DNA of 64,000 nucleotides from Carcharhinus longimanus. Taxonomy: Eukaryota. Below are positions 24,018 through 38,148 of the stretch, piece after piece; position 1 is the stretch's first letter; every line of letters starts with the position of its first letter. The DNA lies in assembly GCA_030264375.1 (NCBI GenBank), contig JASCQW010000098.1, forward strand, positions 53,919,238-53,983,237. The letters run 5' to 3'. A program made the translations under genes and the position numbers. A model generated the notes under the pieces. That model saw nothing but the letters and a program-made list of their open reading frames with translations. It was not told where the DNA came from and searched no databases.

Positions 24018-24289
24018 GGAGATTCTGAAGCTGGTCAAGATCACTGAAGTGAAGGAGAAAAAGAACAAACAGTGACATTATATGAAAACCATGAGAGGAT
24101 CGATTGGTGAGTATTCTAGCTTTGCTTCCCTTTTTCCAAAGTTAAGAAGTTAATCTAAGAAACAGGGAAATTACAAATGTGTTTTTTATATATATCAAGG
24201 GTTAAGTGGAGCATTTCAATTAACCTCCCCGTACTTAAGTGAGAACGGAAGAATAGAAGTGAGTAGCTGTTGTGTCTCTTTTCTAAGCA

Positions 24290-27200
24290 ATAAGTTTTAT
24301 AGATAGAGGAATGGCATGGTAGCACAAACCCTGGGAGTGCATTTCCTGTTCCATTTGCGAGATCCAGGACATTTCCTGTGTCCAAGGTAACCAGATGTGC
24401 AGGAAGTCAGGATTGTCAAGCTGCAGGTTTTAGAGTTTGAGCAACATCTGGAGTCACTGTGACACATCCAGAGGTGTTTTATTGACGGCACATTTACAGA
24501 TGTAGTCACACAGTAACGTAAGGAAGAGAGAGAAAATGGGTGACCACTAGGGAGTCAAGAAGAAATAGGCAGGTATTCCATGGCTTCCCTGAGAGCTCCT
24601 CACACTCCAACCAGGATTCAGTTCACAATATTGAGGAGAACGATGGTTTGTCAAGGAGTGCAGCCAGATCCAAGTCCATGGTTGGCTTAGCTGTACAGGA
24701 AGGATATAGGAATAGTGATCGGAAATTTGACAGTGAGGGGAACAGACAAGTGTTTCTGTGTCCATAGGCATGAATCCAGGTTGGTATGCTGCCTTCCTAG
24801 TATCAGGATCCAATATGTCACTGAATAGCGACAGATACCCAAAGCAGTGAGTGTGAACAGCCAGTGGTTATGGTCCACAGCAGTCATGCTCTGCATCAGT
24901 GCCAACAACATAGGTAGAAAGCAGGAAGTCCGGCAATCAGACTTGGAGAGTTAGGTAGGAAATTAGCCAGCAGATCCTTGGAAGTCGTAATCTCCAGATT
25001 ACTCCTGGTACCACGCACATGCGAGTATACAAATAGAAGGATAGAGCAGATTAATTTGTGGCTGGAGGGCTGGTGTGGGATGGAGGGCTTTAAATTCTTG
25101 GGTCATTGGGATCAATACTGGGATAGATGGGACCTATACAGGTCAGAAAGGTTGCACCTAAACAGTCCTTATGGGATGTTTTGCAATGGGGAGAGTTTAA
25201 ACTAACTTGGCAGGGAAAAGGGAACCAGGAGGTAGTATCAGCGAGGGATGCCAAGGTGGAAAGAATATTGGGAGAGACAGCTAGTACTAGAGTAGCAAAT
25301 AGTAAGGTATTAAGTAGGTTCCATATAAGAGGAAAAATAATAAAGTCAAAATTAGGGTTACAGTGCATATATGTGAATGTATATAGTGTGGTAAATAAGA
25401 CTGGTAAGTTGTAGGTGCAAATAGCCATGTGGAAATATGATGTGTTAATAAAAAAAACCTGGCTCCAGGAAGGGCAGGACCGGGTATTAAATATTTCTGG
25501 ATACAAAGTATTCAGGAAAGATATGAAAGTAAGGAAATAATTGTTGGCAGTTTTGGTTAAGGACAACACTGCAATGTAAGAGAGAAAGAATATCCCAGAG
25601 GGAACAAAGACAGAGCCTATTTGGCTAGAGCTAAGGAACAAAAAAGGTACAATTATATTGCTCGGTGGAGTCCATAGACCACCAGCTAGTGGGAAAGAGG
25701 CAGTGAAGCAAATTTGCAAGGAAAATACAAAGAAATGCAAGACTGATAGAATGGTATAATAGGGAATCTTAATTATCCAAATATAGACTGTGATAGTGTG
25801 AGTTCAAAGGACAGAGAGGGATAGGAATTCCGAGTATATTCAGGAGAATTTTCTACAGCAGTATGTCCACAGTCCAGTGAGTGAGAAAGGACACTCTGCT
25901 GGATCTAGCTCATGGAAATGAGACAGGAACACCTAGGGAATAATGATCATTCCATCGTAAAGTTTTGGTTGGCAACAGAAACGGGATATGGTGCAATCCT
26001 GGGAAAAAGTGAACGTTAATGGGGTAAGAATGGATCTGAGCTAAATAAATTGGAATCAAAGATTAGGAAGCAAGACCATAGCTGAACAATGGATTGCCTG
26101 TAAAGAAAAAAATTGTTCAAGTACAGTTAGTGCCTATGAAAGGGACAGATAGGGCGGACAAATGCAGAACTCCCTGGATGATGAAAGAGATAATGATTAA
26201 GGTGAAGCACTCAAACTGTGCTTATAACAGATGTAAAATTGAGAACCAGAGCAAAGATCAGAAGTTTAAAAGGGAATTGAGAAAGCAAGTAAAAGAAGCA
26301 ATGAAAGAGTAAGAGAAGAGAGTGGAAACTAACATATAAGGAAATCCCAAAATCCTCCAAAACATATAAATAGTAAAAGGGTGGTAAAAGGAGGGATGAG
26401 GCTGATTAGAGACCAAAAAGAGAATTTATACATAAAAGTAAGGGAGAGGGCTGAGGAATGAAATGAATGCTTTACATCTGTTTATACCAAGGAAGAAGCA
26501 ACTACCCAGGTCATAGGAAAAGAGAAACAAGTTCAGAGACTTGAAAGACTTAAAATTCACATGAGGAAATATTGGTTAGGCTGCCTGTACTTAAAGTTGA
26601 GAAGACACCAAAACTGGATGAGATGTGTCAAGGAAACTGATGGAAGTAAGAATGGAAATTCAGATGCCGAAAGAGGAAATTCTGGAAAATCTCAGCAGGT
26701 TTGGCAGCATTTGTAGGGAGAGAAAAGAGCTGATGTTTCAAGTCCTGATGACCCTTTGTCAAAGCAGAGGCAATGATCGTAATTTTCCAGTCTTCCTTAG
26801 ACTCTGGGGTGAGGCCAGGGGACTAGAGAATTACAAATGTTACAAAAAATACTAAACCCATGAACTACAGACCAGTTAATTTAACTTCAGCCTTGGGGTA
26901 GCTTTTAGATATTATTATTTGGGACAAAATTTGTAGTCACTTGAGTAAATGCAGGCTAATTAAGGAAAGAAGGCATGAATTTGTTAAGGGCAAATTATGC
27001 TTAATCAGCGTGCAGGGGTAACAGAGAAGATTGATGAGGGTAATACTGTTGATGTGGTATACTTTGACCTCCAAAAAGTATTTAATAGTCTTCCCTACAG
27101 ATTTATGAGCAAAGTTGGAGCTCATGGAGTCAAAGAGACAGTAACAACATGAATGCCAAATTGGCTGAGTGAGTGTAGTGGTTAATGGTTGTCTTTTGGA

Positions 27201-28290
27201 TTGGATGAAGGTTTATAGTGGAGTTTCCAGGGATTTGGTGTCGGGACCCCAGCTTTTCCTGATATATATTAATGACTTAGACCTTGGTGTGCAGGGCAGA
27301 ATTTCAATTTCTAGATGATATGAAACTTGAGTCTAAAGGACATAGGTTGGTGGAATGAACGGACAAGTGGTAGCTGTAATTTAATGCAGAGAAGTGTGAA
27401 GTGATTCATTTTCGTAGGAAAAACAGGGAGAAAAAATAAAACAAAGGGGACAATTCTAAAAGGTGTGCATGAGCAGAAGGACATGGGCATATATGTGCAG
27501 AAAATAATAACTGAAGGCAATAGGACAGATTAAGAGAGTCGTCAATAAAGTAGATAACATTCTGGGCTTTTTCAATCGAGTCATGGAGTCCAAAAGCAAG
27601 GAAGTTATGAGAAATCTGTGTAAAACACTGGCCAGAAGTTTACCGTCCCACCCACCATGAGCTTCGGAGCAGGTGGGGGGGGCTGTCAGATCATGGAAAG
27701 GTCTGTTGACCTTGGGCGGAGTTTTCCGGTTTCGGAAAATGTTACTGGGTTGGCCTCAATGACATTATTGGATCCCATTCTGGGAAGCACACTTAAGGAA
27801 GGATGTGAAGTAATTAGAGAGGGCACAGAAAAGAACCACAAGGATAATTCCAGATACGAGGAACTTCAGTTCTGTAGCTAGATTGGAGAAGTTGAGATTG
27901 TTTTCCTTGGAGAACAGAAGTCCGAGAGAAACTTTAATGGAGGTATCCAAATTCAAGAGGGGTCTTGACAGAGTAGATAGGGAGAAACTCTTCCTATGGG
28001 AGAAGGATTGTGTGCAGATTTAAGGTAAATCCATGAAACAAGCAATGGCAACACAAGGGAAACTTTCTCACAGAGCAGCGAGTGATTAGGATCTGGAATG
28101 CACTGCCTGAGCATGTATTGGAGGCAGATTCAACTAAAGCTTTCAAAAAGCAACTGGCTCATTATCTGAAAAGGATATATTTTCAGGAGAAAAGGCAGGA
28201 GAGTGGGACAAGGCAAATTGCACGCTCAGAGAGCCAGCATAGGTACAATGGATTGAATGGCCTCCTTCTGTACTCTAACCATTCTACATT
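24290..28290 (+). mobile_element. Near full-length decayed CR1 LINE (ORF1 esterase-like domain, ORF2 APE and RT, tail)
   Basis: ORF1 VVISRLLLVPR...RRIEQINLWLEGWCGMEGFKFLGHW...DLY...LHLN. ORF2 start LQCIYVNV.SVVNK. C-terminus IRIWNALP. Tail TGAATGGCCTCCTTCTGTAC. Inserts at ~26650-26765 (PLE terminus) and ~27630-27740 (MITE piece). Confidence 0.92.
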
Positions 28291-28579
28291 GACACTACTG
28301 TGTACTGATTCTTAACCAATGTGGAGCAACTGTAGCTAAAACTAATACAGCCAGAGAGTAGGTAAAGTACAATGCCGAATTGTGGTCTCCCTCATGCTGT
28401 GGCCTTGGATAAGGTTAACAGGACAGCTACATGGATGATTCCATATTGAAAGAACACCAATGACTCACATGGATCCTGGGGCTCTAGTTTATTTATTTTT
28501 GAGCACAGTGGAATGACTAATGGAGTTCCTGTCCTTTTATCATCTCCCTCCCAGCTTCTAGGACCCCAACACTCCGCCT

Positions 28580-28870
28580 TGGTGAAGAGAGGAATTACTT
28601 GCACTCGGTTCAATTTAGTTTACTGTATTCACTGCTAACAATGCAAACTCTTCTACCTTGGAAATACCAAAAGTCAATTTGTGGAACACCTCTGCTTAGT
28701 GGCCCTGAGCTGAGTGGTTATTTACTATTTGAATTCTTTGACCTTTTCCCATTCTTATCTCACTGACCTTGGTCTATTACACTGTTCCAATGAAGCTCAC
28801 AGAAGGCTCGATGTACAACAACTCATCTTTCGATGATGAACATTGAGTTCAACAATTTCAGATCCGAACC
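28580..28870 (+). mobile_element. Penelope GIY-YIG fragment, decayed
   Basis: Homologous to 3750-4070 (TCTRFNLVYCIHC.QCKLFYLG). Confidence 0.7.
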
Positions 28871-28979
28871 TCTTCCCCTCATTTTTCCAAGGAGTGGAAG
28901 CTGGTGCTGATTTTGCATTTGGCTCTACCCGTATCTTATATTTCTTTTATTGTCCCATTTCGTCTTTTGCATCATCATT

Positions 28980-30610
28980 TTAATTTGATTTGATTTGACT
29001 TATTATTATTGCCTCATATATTGATATACAGTGAAAAGTATTGTTTCCTGCACACCACACATTCAAAGCATGCCATTCATAGTGAAGGAAAGGAGAGAAC
29101 GCAGAGTGTAGTGTTACAGTCATAGCTACGGTGTAGAGAAAGACCAACTTAATGTCAGTCTGTTGATAGCAGGGAAGAAGCTGTTCTTGAGTTGGTTGGT
29201 ACGTGTCCTCAGACTTTTGTATCTTTTTCCCAATGGAAGAAGGTGGAAGGGAGAATGTCCTGGGTAAATGGGGTCCTTAATTACGCTGGCTGCTTTTCCA
29301 TTGGGAACAGGAAGTGTAGACAGAGTCAATGGGTGGGAGGTTGGTTTGAATGGGCTTTCTTCACCACTCTTTGTAGTTTCTTACGGTCTTGGACAGAGCA
29401 GGAGCTGTACCAAGTTGTGATACAACCAGAAAGAATGCTTTCTATGGTGCTTCTGTAAAAGTTGGTGAAATTCGTAACGGACATACCAAATTTCCTTAGT
29501 GTCCTGAGAAAATAGAGGTGTTGGTGGGCTTTCTTAACTATAGTGTAGGCATGGGGGAAACCAGGACAGGTTGTTGGTGATCTGGACATCTAAAAACTTG
29601 AAGCTCTCGACCTTTTCTACTTTATCCCCATTGATGTAGACAGGGGCATGTTCTCCACTCCACTTCCTAAAGTTGATGACTATCTCCTTTGTTTTGTTGA
29701 CATTGAGGGAGAGATTATTGTCGTTGCACCAGTTCACAAGATTCTCTATCTCTTTCCTGTACTCCGTCTCGTCATTGTTTGAGATCTGACCCACTACGAT
29801 GGTGTCATCAGCAAACTTGATAGTCGAGTAGGAGAGGAATTTGGCCACACAGTCATATATGTGCAAGGGCTGAGGACACAGCCTTATGGGGCACCAGTGT
29901 TGAGGATGATCATGGAGGAGGTGTTATTGCTTATCCTTACTGATTGCGGTCTGTGGGTTAGGAAGCCTATGATCCAGTTGCAGAGAGAGAAGCTGAGCCC
30001 TAGATTATGGAGCCTGAAGATGAATCTCTTTGGAATAATGGTGTTAAAGGCTGAGCTGTAGTCAACAAATAGAAGTTTGACATAGGAGTCTTTATTAGCT
30101 AGGTGTTCCAGGGTTGAGTGTAGGGCCAGGGAGATCGTATCTGCTGTGCACTTGTTGCGGCGATAGGTGAACTATAGTGGATCCAGGCAATCTGGGAGAC
30201 TGGAATTGATTTGTGCTATGAGTAACCTTTCGAAGCACTTCATAATGACGGATGTCAGAGCCAACAGATGATACTTATTAAGGCATGTTGCCTGACTTTT
30301 CTTTGAAGCAGATAGGGACCTCAGATTGGTATAAAGAGAGGTTGAAGATGTTGGTGAATACCCTTGCCAGTTGGTCCACGCAGGAACTGAATGCTCACCC
30401 AGGTACCCATCCAGGCCAATTGCTTTCTGTGGGTTGACCTTTGAGAAGGCTGCTCTGACGTCGGTGATGGTGACCTCAGATACAGGTTCATCGGAGGCTT
30501 TGGGGTTGGAGGGCATGCTCTCGCTGACCTCTTGCTCAAAATGAGCATAGAATGCATTGAGCTCATTGGGGAGGGGTGCATTTGTTCTGATGATTTTCCA
30601 TGCCTTCATC
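28980..30610 (-). mobile_element. Rex1/Babar LINE, 5'-truncated, with RT domain
   Basis: ALTSVIMKCFERL...LDPL, IKFADDTIVVGQISNNDETEYR, NFYRSTIESILSGCITTWY. (ATTTG)n tail at 28980. Confidence 0.93.
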
Positions 30611-30689
30611 ATGAGTTCGTTACAAAGAGAATTCCCTGTACTCTGTTCCAGCAATATGGCTCATCCCCAACCTCTTGGTTCAAAGATGG

Positions 30690-32175
30690 ACGAAAGAGCT
30701 GAACTCCAGAGGTGATCTGAGAGTGACTGTCCTTGATATCAAAGCAACATTTAACCAAGTATGGCATCAAGAAATCTGAGCAAAACTGGAGTCTATGGGA
30801 ATCAGGTGAAAAGCTGTCCGTTGGTTCGAGTCATACGCTTGGTACAGAGATTAGCACTGCCTCATAGCGTCAGGAACCCAGGTTCAATTCTGGCCTCAGG
30901 TCATTGTCAGTGTTGAATTTGCATGTTCCCCCCATTTCTGCATAGGTTTCCTCTAGATGCTTCAGTTTCCTGCCACTGACCAAAGATGTATGAGTTAGGT
31001 TGACGGGCCATGATAAATTGCACCTTAGTGTCAGAGGATTAGCAGGGTAAATACGTGCAGTTACGGGAATAGGGCCTGAGTGGGATTATTGTCCATGAGG
31101 GCTTGATGGGACAAATGGCCTCCTTCTGCATTGTAAGGATTCTTTGGTACTTTTCACAAAGGAAGATAGTTATTGTGGTTGAAGGTCAATCATCCCAGCT
31201 TCCTGGCATCACTTCAGGAGTTCTTCAGGGAATGTCTTGGCCCAACTATCTTCAGTTGCTTCATCGGGACCTTTCTTCCATTAGAAATTCAGAAGTGGGG
31301 ATGTTCACTGATCATTGCACAATGTTCAGTACCATTTGCAACTCCTGAGATACTGAAGCAGTCCATAACCTGGAAATACACATAACCTGGACAATAATAT
31401 CCAGGCTTGGGCTGACAAGTAGCAAGTAACATTTGTGCCATGTGTGCCAGTTAATGACCATCTGCAACAAAGAAAATTTGACCATCATCTCTAGACATTC
31501 AATTGTATTGGCATCATGAACCCCCAACTATCCAGATCCTGGGGGTTACCATTGACCAGAAACTTAAGTGGAATCGCCGTATAAATACTGTGACTACAAA
31601 AGCAGGTCAGAGACTAGGAATCCTGCAGCAAGTGACTCACCTCCTGACTCCCCAAAATCTGTTCACAAGACAAGGGATAAGTCAGGGGTCTGTGGAATAA
31701 TCTTCACTTGCCTGGATAAGTACAGCTCCAACAACACTGAAGAAGCTTGATACCATCCAAGACAAAACAATCCATTTGATTGGCAGCCATCCACAAACAT
31801 TCATTCCCTCCACTATTAACACACAGTAACAGCAGTGTGTATGATCTACAAGATGCACCATAGGAACTCAAGGCTTCTTTAGCAGCACCTTTCAAACCCA
31901 TGACCAATTCCATCGCGAAGGACATGAGAAGCAGTCACATGGGAACACCTCCCCTGGAGGTTTGCCTCCAAGCCACTCATCATCCTGACTTGGAAATATA
32001 TCGTTATTCCTTCACTGTCCTTGGATCAAAATCCTAGAACTCTCTCCCTATCTGTGAATGAACATAACACCACAATGACTGCAGTGGTTCTAGAAGGCAG
32101 CTCACCACACCCTTCTCGAGGGCATTTAGGAATGTGCAGTAAATGCTGGCGTAGCCATCCATGAATGATAACGAT
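30690..32175 (+). mobile_element. L2/CR1-clade LINE RT and 3' end, interrupted by an HE1 SINE at ~30840-31145
   Basis: GITSGVLQG...EVGMFTDH, ILGVTIDQKLKW...KAGQRLGIL. Tail AAATGCTGGC...CCATGAATGA. Confidence 0.85.
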
Positions 32176-32959
32176 AAAAAATCCTAAGAAACCAATCTGA
32201 TATTTTTCATTCTTTACTCTCGTAACTTTTTTGTGCAATATCACAATTTACTGCTAATTATAACCAAATAAAATTAAGATACAGTAAATTCCCATTTGAA
32301 GTGTACCCTTTTAAAGTGTTATCACTTTAGAAAGGTTTCATTTTGAAGGACATTAATTTTTATGTCCAGGTTCCTTTTAAAGTGCAGTATTCTGCATTTT
32401 AGCAGGTTTAAACAGTGTGCCGACATCATTACATGCCCAAAGTGATGACATTATTAATTCCCTGACATGATTTATTCGTAACCCATTGAGGAACTCTGTG
32501 GTCTTTGTTTTTTGGAGGAATTGTTTGCTGTACTATGCAGCAATGTGCAGTACTGTAGATGTTGTCTCTGCTATTTGTATGGTTTGTACCTGAGAAATTA
32601 CTGTGGATTTCTGTTTTTAAAAGAATTCTTTGCTGTACAGGGATACTGCTCTGAACTGTACAGTACAGTGCCTGCGTTTAAGGAACTTGTTTTAATCTTG
32701 GTGTTTTAAAGAGTTTTGCAATGAGGAAGCCTGCAGGCAAAGCAACAATTTTAAAATCACTTCAGTATTCCAGACTGTATGGTACAGTGTGTCAATTTTT
32801 ACATTGAATTTTCCAGGTGAAACCGGGAACCTAATTCTGGCTTTAAAATTAATTCATATGAGAAACCATGCATCACTTAAAGAGGTTTCACTTAAAGTGG
32901 CAATTTCCGGGAATACAGCCATCACATTAAGTGAGGACTTATTTGGAATTAAAACAAAC

Positions 32960-33600
32960 ATGGTAATTTGGATAGGAAATCAGTCAGAGACAAGAAACAC
33001 AGTGGTTAATGATAGCATTTGGACTAGAGAAATGTAAATAATTGTATCCTCCGGGGTGAGTGAGGAACGATGCTTTCTTCTGGACTTAGGTATTGGCGGC
33101 AGAATATAAAAATTTGTGGATGACACAAAATAGAAAATGTAATTAATCCTGAAGAGGATTGTATTTGGTTTTAGTGAGGTATTGACAGCTTAGTAGATTG
33201 GGCATCAGATGAAATTTAATGCAGAAGAATTAGGGGTGTTACATTTTGAGAAGAGAGAAAATCCGCACTAAATACGAAAACTTTCAAAGAATTCAAAGGC
33301 AAGAAGTTTAATGATTCAGAAACAACAAACGTTTAGAAGTGGAAGTAAATGCTGATATAGCTGAAATTTAAATGCAGAATATTCATTTTTACAAATATGG
33401 ATATCGTGTATAGGAACACAGAAGTAATTCTAAATCTGTACAAATCATTGTTTCAGCCTCAGTCAAAAGATCAATCCAGTTTTGAATAAGCTTATTTTAG
33501 GAAAGGTGTCATGGCCATGGATAAAGTGCAGACGAGACTCACGTGTGATTCCAGAGATCAGGAACTACAAAGACTTGCAACAGCCAAGAGAAGTAGAACT
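32960..33600 (+). mobile_element. Old CR1 RT fragment
   Basis: VIWIGN..., KFVDDTK, MKFNAEE...LHF, LNLYKSL remnants. Confidence 0.65.
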
Positions 33601-34421
33601 TTCACTCTGAGAGTGAATTGGTGCCAGACTGAAGACATTTAAGTTCAATGTCAATCTTACATGTGCACTGGGCATATAGCAGGATCAGGTCCACCATATG
33701 CTTTATATCTATTTGGTTTTACTTTCCATTGACTTCAAAGGTGAGTATAATTAGACAGCTTTTACTATGGGTAGGTTAAATTAAAATCAGAGCCTTATAG
33801 GCAGAGTATCAATTCTGGGGTCAGGATGGTGATACTAGAATCATTGCTGGATCCTGACTGTGTTGACAATGCACATTGTTGCAGTTATGATGCAGAAGTA
33901 AGCTAATTAACCTAAAGTCACATTCATTGCCCAATGTGCAGAGGCTGATAAGACTAAGAGGCTGCACTTAGACAATAAACCCATGTCTTATTATATCCTT
34001 TCTGATCTACCATAATGGACAGTCTTCCTCAGTGCCCCCCTCTCATTAACCCCTGAAGGCCATAAGCTGAGGGATCTTTTAACCTGCCCCTCTTTCCCCA
34101 AAGAGTACCCTTGTCAACAGTGAGGAGCGATGTCAGATAACTCTTTAGACTCTGTGTAATTATTGCTGTTGATTGAGAGTCTTTTCTCAGCCTTCTCTCT
34201 TTGATCAAACCTCATGTTTCTGTCCTGTCACTTTGTACATCTTCCCACAATGATCGCGCCTCCTCCCTTCTATTGTGGTTTGTATTCTGCATGAAGTTGG
34301 TGATTCCAGATAAAAACTCAAGACTGGTCATTAATGAGCTGACAACTTTTTTATGCAGCTTGACTGACTACTCAGTGACCTAGGCAAGTTGGTTCTTCCA
34401 GCCCTTGGTGAAGCTTGGTAA

Positions 34422-34748
34422 GGCGGCACAGTGGTTAGCATTGCTGCCTCACAGTGCCAGAGAATTGGGGTCAATTCTGGCCTTGGATGACTGTGTGGAG
34501 TTTGCATGTTCTCCCTGTGTATGTGTGGGGTTCCTCCAGGTGCTCTGGTTTCCTCCTACAATCTAAAGATGAGCAAGTTAGGTGGGTTGGCCATGCTAAA
34601 TTGCCCCTCAATGTCCAAAGATGTGGGACTCGGAGGATAAGCAGGGTAAACATGTGGGGATTAGGACCTGGGTGAAATGCTCTGTTGGAGAGTTGGTGCA
34701 GACTTGATGGGCCTAATTGCCGCCTTCTGCACTATAGGGATTCTATGA
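34422..34748 (+). mobile_element. HE1-type V-SINE, full length
   Basis: GGCGGCACAGTGGTTAGCA head, V-domain GTGTGGAGTTTGCATGTTCTCCC...GGTTTCCTCC, CR1-type tail CTTCTGCACTATAGGGATTCTATGA. Confidence 0.92.
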
Positions 34749-36551
34749 GCCTTTTAAACTTGAAGTGCATTGGTTCCATATTGAAAAACCAGCACATTGA
34801 TACAAGGGAAGAGCTCACACGCCCACTCATTTCCTAATTTTCCCCCCCCCACCCACTACCCATGCCCCATACACACACCCCCACCCACCCCCATCCTCCC
34901 TGCTTCCTCCAATCCCACAGTGAATTGACGGCGAAGGTAATTATGAATTAGGAAATATCAGAACGTTGTGGGTGATAGGTGGCACTTAGAGTATGGCCTG
35001 TTTATTTAAGGATTCCAATTATCCAAGCCAAGGCTGATTTGTGCCAAGAACCCTTGATCTATCTGGGAAGACAGTATTTAGACACATTAATCATAACTGT
35101 CCTTCTAAATTTGTCGAAAGATGAGGAATGACATTGTAAAAAAATGAGCATCTTTTACTGATGGACATTAATGTTATTTCCATGGTTCTTTACACTGGGA
35201 TTACACGTCAAGTACTGTGCATAACACTTCAATTACTTCACAAGAACAATCAACGAATAGAGGCACACATAACCTCAGGCTATTTTATCCATGACAGGAC
35301 TGGATCTACATATAACATTTAAAAACATTTGTAAATTTAAAAATTTCAATGATGAACAACATTGTGAAATATACTAACATGGTGTTTATGCAAAAAAATT
35401 ACGACTATACTGTGAAATATCTATCATATTAAAATAAATATTTTGGAGAGGTCGATGAGAAATGTTTTAATCTGTAGCAAAAGCAGTGTTTCTCTTAAGG
35501 ATAGTGCTACAACATTTTTCTTCCTACTTGGAGTCTGATCTTGTTTCCCAGGCAACGCAGATATCACAGGATCAATAACGTGTCTGTCATAAAAACAGAG
35601 ATGGGCTGGAGATAAAACTGGCTAAGCTCTCCTCACCACATCACTATATCGTAGCAAAACAATTTATTTCTACTCAAGTAAGTTTTATATTCAGATTGGA
35701 AAGAGTTGTTTTTACTCTTAGATAAGTAACATTCAAGATTTTTTGAGTCTAATTTAGTGAAATGCTTCCAAGCAAAATATCAGAGACAGTTGAAGATATA
35801 TTATCCTGATATTGTGTTGACATATTCACTTTGGAAAAGTATCCCTCAGTACCAGTGTGGCATTTTGAATCTTCAGACCGTTTCCCTCTGATTTTGTTTT
35901 GCATTTAAATTTTACTTCCTGGAATTTAAAGTAAGACTTTGCTCACAATTTCTCGCTTTGATCTTTTCAAGAAAGACTGCCCAGTTATATTGAATCGTGC
36001 CGAAGAAACATGTTTTGCTCATTTGCCAAATACAGGAGACAATTCTTATCGATGTGCTTTATTATAGTACGAATGTGTTGTCGTGGAACCTTAGTACCAT
36101 GTCCTGTGTCCGAAAATGAAGCACAGCTCTGTAAGCTAAACTCCTTCCTCATAAGACAGGCTATGCTACTTTAAGGGCTGCAAGTAATTCCTGGTACCTC
36201 CACAAGGTTGTGAATGACGAGGCACCACAACGCTGCTGAAAAGCATGTTTACCAGTTTGGCTTAAAGTCAAAATGCTTCTCAATCATTGTAACCATCACA
36301 GCTAAAACAGTTCAATCCATTCCTAATGCAAATTGTCCACTCGTTCATCTTAACCCATCAGTGGTACATTGTATTTATGTAAAAGCTCCAAATATAAATC
36401 CTAACTCTGTACATTATTAAATTCCATTTAAATGTGACTGTCCATTTTGCTCAGTTTTCACTGATGTTGTATAAAGTTGTGCTGATTAAAAAGGTGATGC
36501 ATTTGCTTCTCAAGATAGCAAGAGAACATCAAAAGATAAAGGACTTCATTA

Positions 36552-36960
36552 GGTCCTTTGGCTAAGATGCAAATGAGATCAAGCCTTGGAGAAGGTGCAA
36601 TGCCTGCTCCAATCAACTTGTATCATGTAGATCAAGCCCAAGACAGGAAGTGGGTAAGCCTGTCTTGTCAGCTTGGATCTGGAATGTCTCACTTGTGGAC
36701 ACTTTGAATTGGACTTTGTTTGGATTGAATTGGATATTAAAAAAATGTAGAAGAGGGAGATAATTTCTGGCCTTTTGGCTAAGGTCGAGCTTCAGCTCAA
36801 GCCGAAGATGAGGTGCAATGCCTTATCTTATCAGTTTGGATCTTGTTGGTCTCTCATGTGGGGACCATGAGTCAGATTCAATTTGAATTTGGTTTTTGGA
36901 GCAAGCAAGGAATGGGCTTGAGTTTGCCTGATCCACTCTGAGCATTGGCTTTGTAACTTT
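36552..36960 (+). mobile_element. U2 snRNA-derived element, head-to-tail dimer (~36552-36745 and ~36760-36960)
   Basis: TTCTGGCCTTTTGGCTAAGGTCGAG (U2 5' stem), TCTTATCAGTTT (U2 stem IIa), GGTTTTTGGAGCA (Sm-site region), GAGTTTGCCTGATCCACTCTGAGCATTG (stem III). The first unit starts GGTCCTTTGGCTAAGAT. Confidence 0.8.
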
Positions 36961-37842
36961 AATTTTTTTTACTCCATTCTTAAAAAGGGGATGTTCATTC
37001 AGAATTAAGGCTATGGATGTTTGAAGTTACTGATATTGTGGATTTTTATCCACCACTGTAATTATCATTACAAGTCTTAGATTAGTTGTCCTGAGTCAGG
37101 ATTGATAGAAACTGATGGAAGCAAGGCTGTCTGTAAACTTTGAACATTTAATTAACTATGTACATGTGAAGCTGAGCACAAGGTTTCACATAAAGCTATC
37201 TCTCAGCATTTCCTGTTGTCTTGTGATCCTACATCACTGATCTCTTTACACACTTAAATGTAACTCTTTATACTACATTTCCTCAAGTTGCTGACCTGAT
37301 TAAATGCATTATTTACATTTTCTGATATCTCCTTCTGGCACTGCCTTCATCCCAGGTACACAGCGATAAGGTCTGTGAAATTCCCCAATCTCCCATCCTT
37401 ATTTTGGGTGTTGAATGGAATTCAAGTTCTCTCGGTTCTTTCTCGAACTTGGTCAAGGAGAATGTGAATCATCAGAGACTATCAGCTCTCTGTTCAGGCT
37501 GCTTTTCTATTGTTTGGGTAGTTGATCCACTCCATTGATTTTTTTCTTCCTGTAGATACGAATGCACTTCTGTTACTTCTCACTATTTCATTTTCAGTAT
37601 CCATAAGATAACATTGTGTATCTTGTCCAAAACTTGGCCTTTGCAATTTTGGTCATGACTCCATACTGATCCCCTGGCAACCCCTGGTTATCGTTTCTGG
37701 CTTGCTTTGCATGATATAGATCTTCCTTTTCTCTAACTTTCTCTATATTTGCTCCTTTGAGACATGGCATAAGCGTGTTGGAAGAACAGGAAGTTGACTC
37801 CCTGACAGGAAGTCATCTTCCCATTAAAAGTTCAGCTGGAGG

Positions 37843-38148
37843 AATAGAATCCCTACAGGACAGAAGGAGGCCATTCGGCTCAACAAGTCTGTGCTGACCA
37901 CGTTACCACTGAAGCCCTTTTCCAACAATCCCAAACATTTACCCTGCCAAACCCCCTGACACTAGGGTTAATTGAGCACGGCCAGTTAACCTAACCTGCA
38001 CATCTTTGGACTGTGGGAGGAAACCGGAGCCCCTGGAGGAAACCAATGCAGATACGGGGAGAATGTGCAAACTCCATACACACAGTGATCCAAGGCTGGA
38101 ACTGAACCCGGGTCCCTGATGCTAACTACTGTACCACTGTTCCACCCT
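37843..38148 (-). mobile_element. HE1-type V-SINE
   Basis: Reverse complement of the 34422-34748 type. Confidence 0.9.

Noticed and set aside
23467-24078. 130-200 aa ORFs on both strands (ECEADRE, CFTLLPV, SASHSSR repeats)
   Set aside because: They are translations of a stop-free 21-bp minisatellite plus an N gap, open in several frames at once.
25090-25740. 216-aa minus-strand ORF
   Set aside because: Antisense to CR1 ORF1/ORF2.
34422-34500. tRNA genes at A-box/B-box motifs
   Set aside because: All such motifs are SINE heads continuing into SINE bodies; no complete cloverleaf seen.
36552-36960. Functional canonical U2 snRNA gene
   Set aside because: Too diverged, branch-point segment altered, stem-loop IV missing, dimeric.
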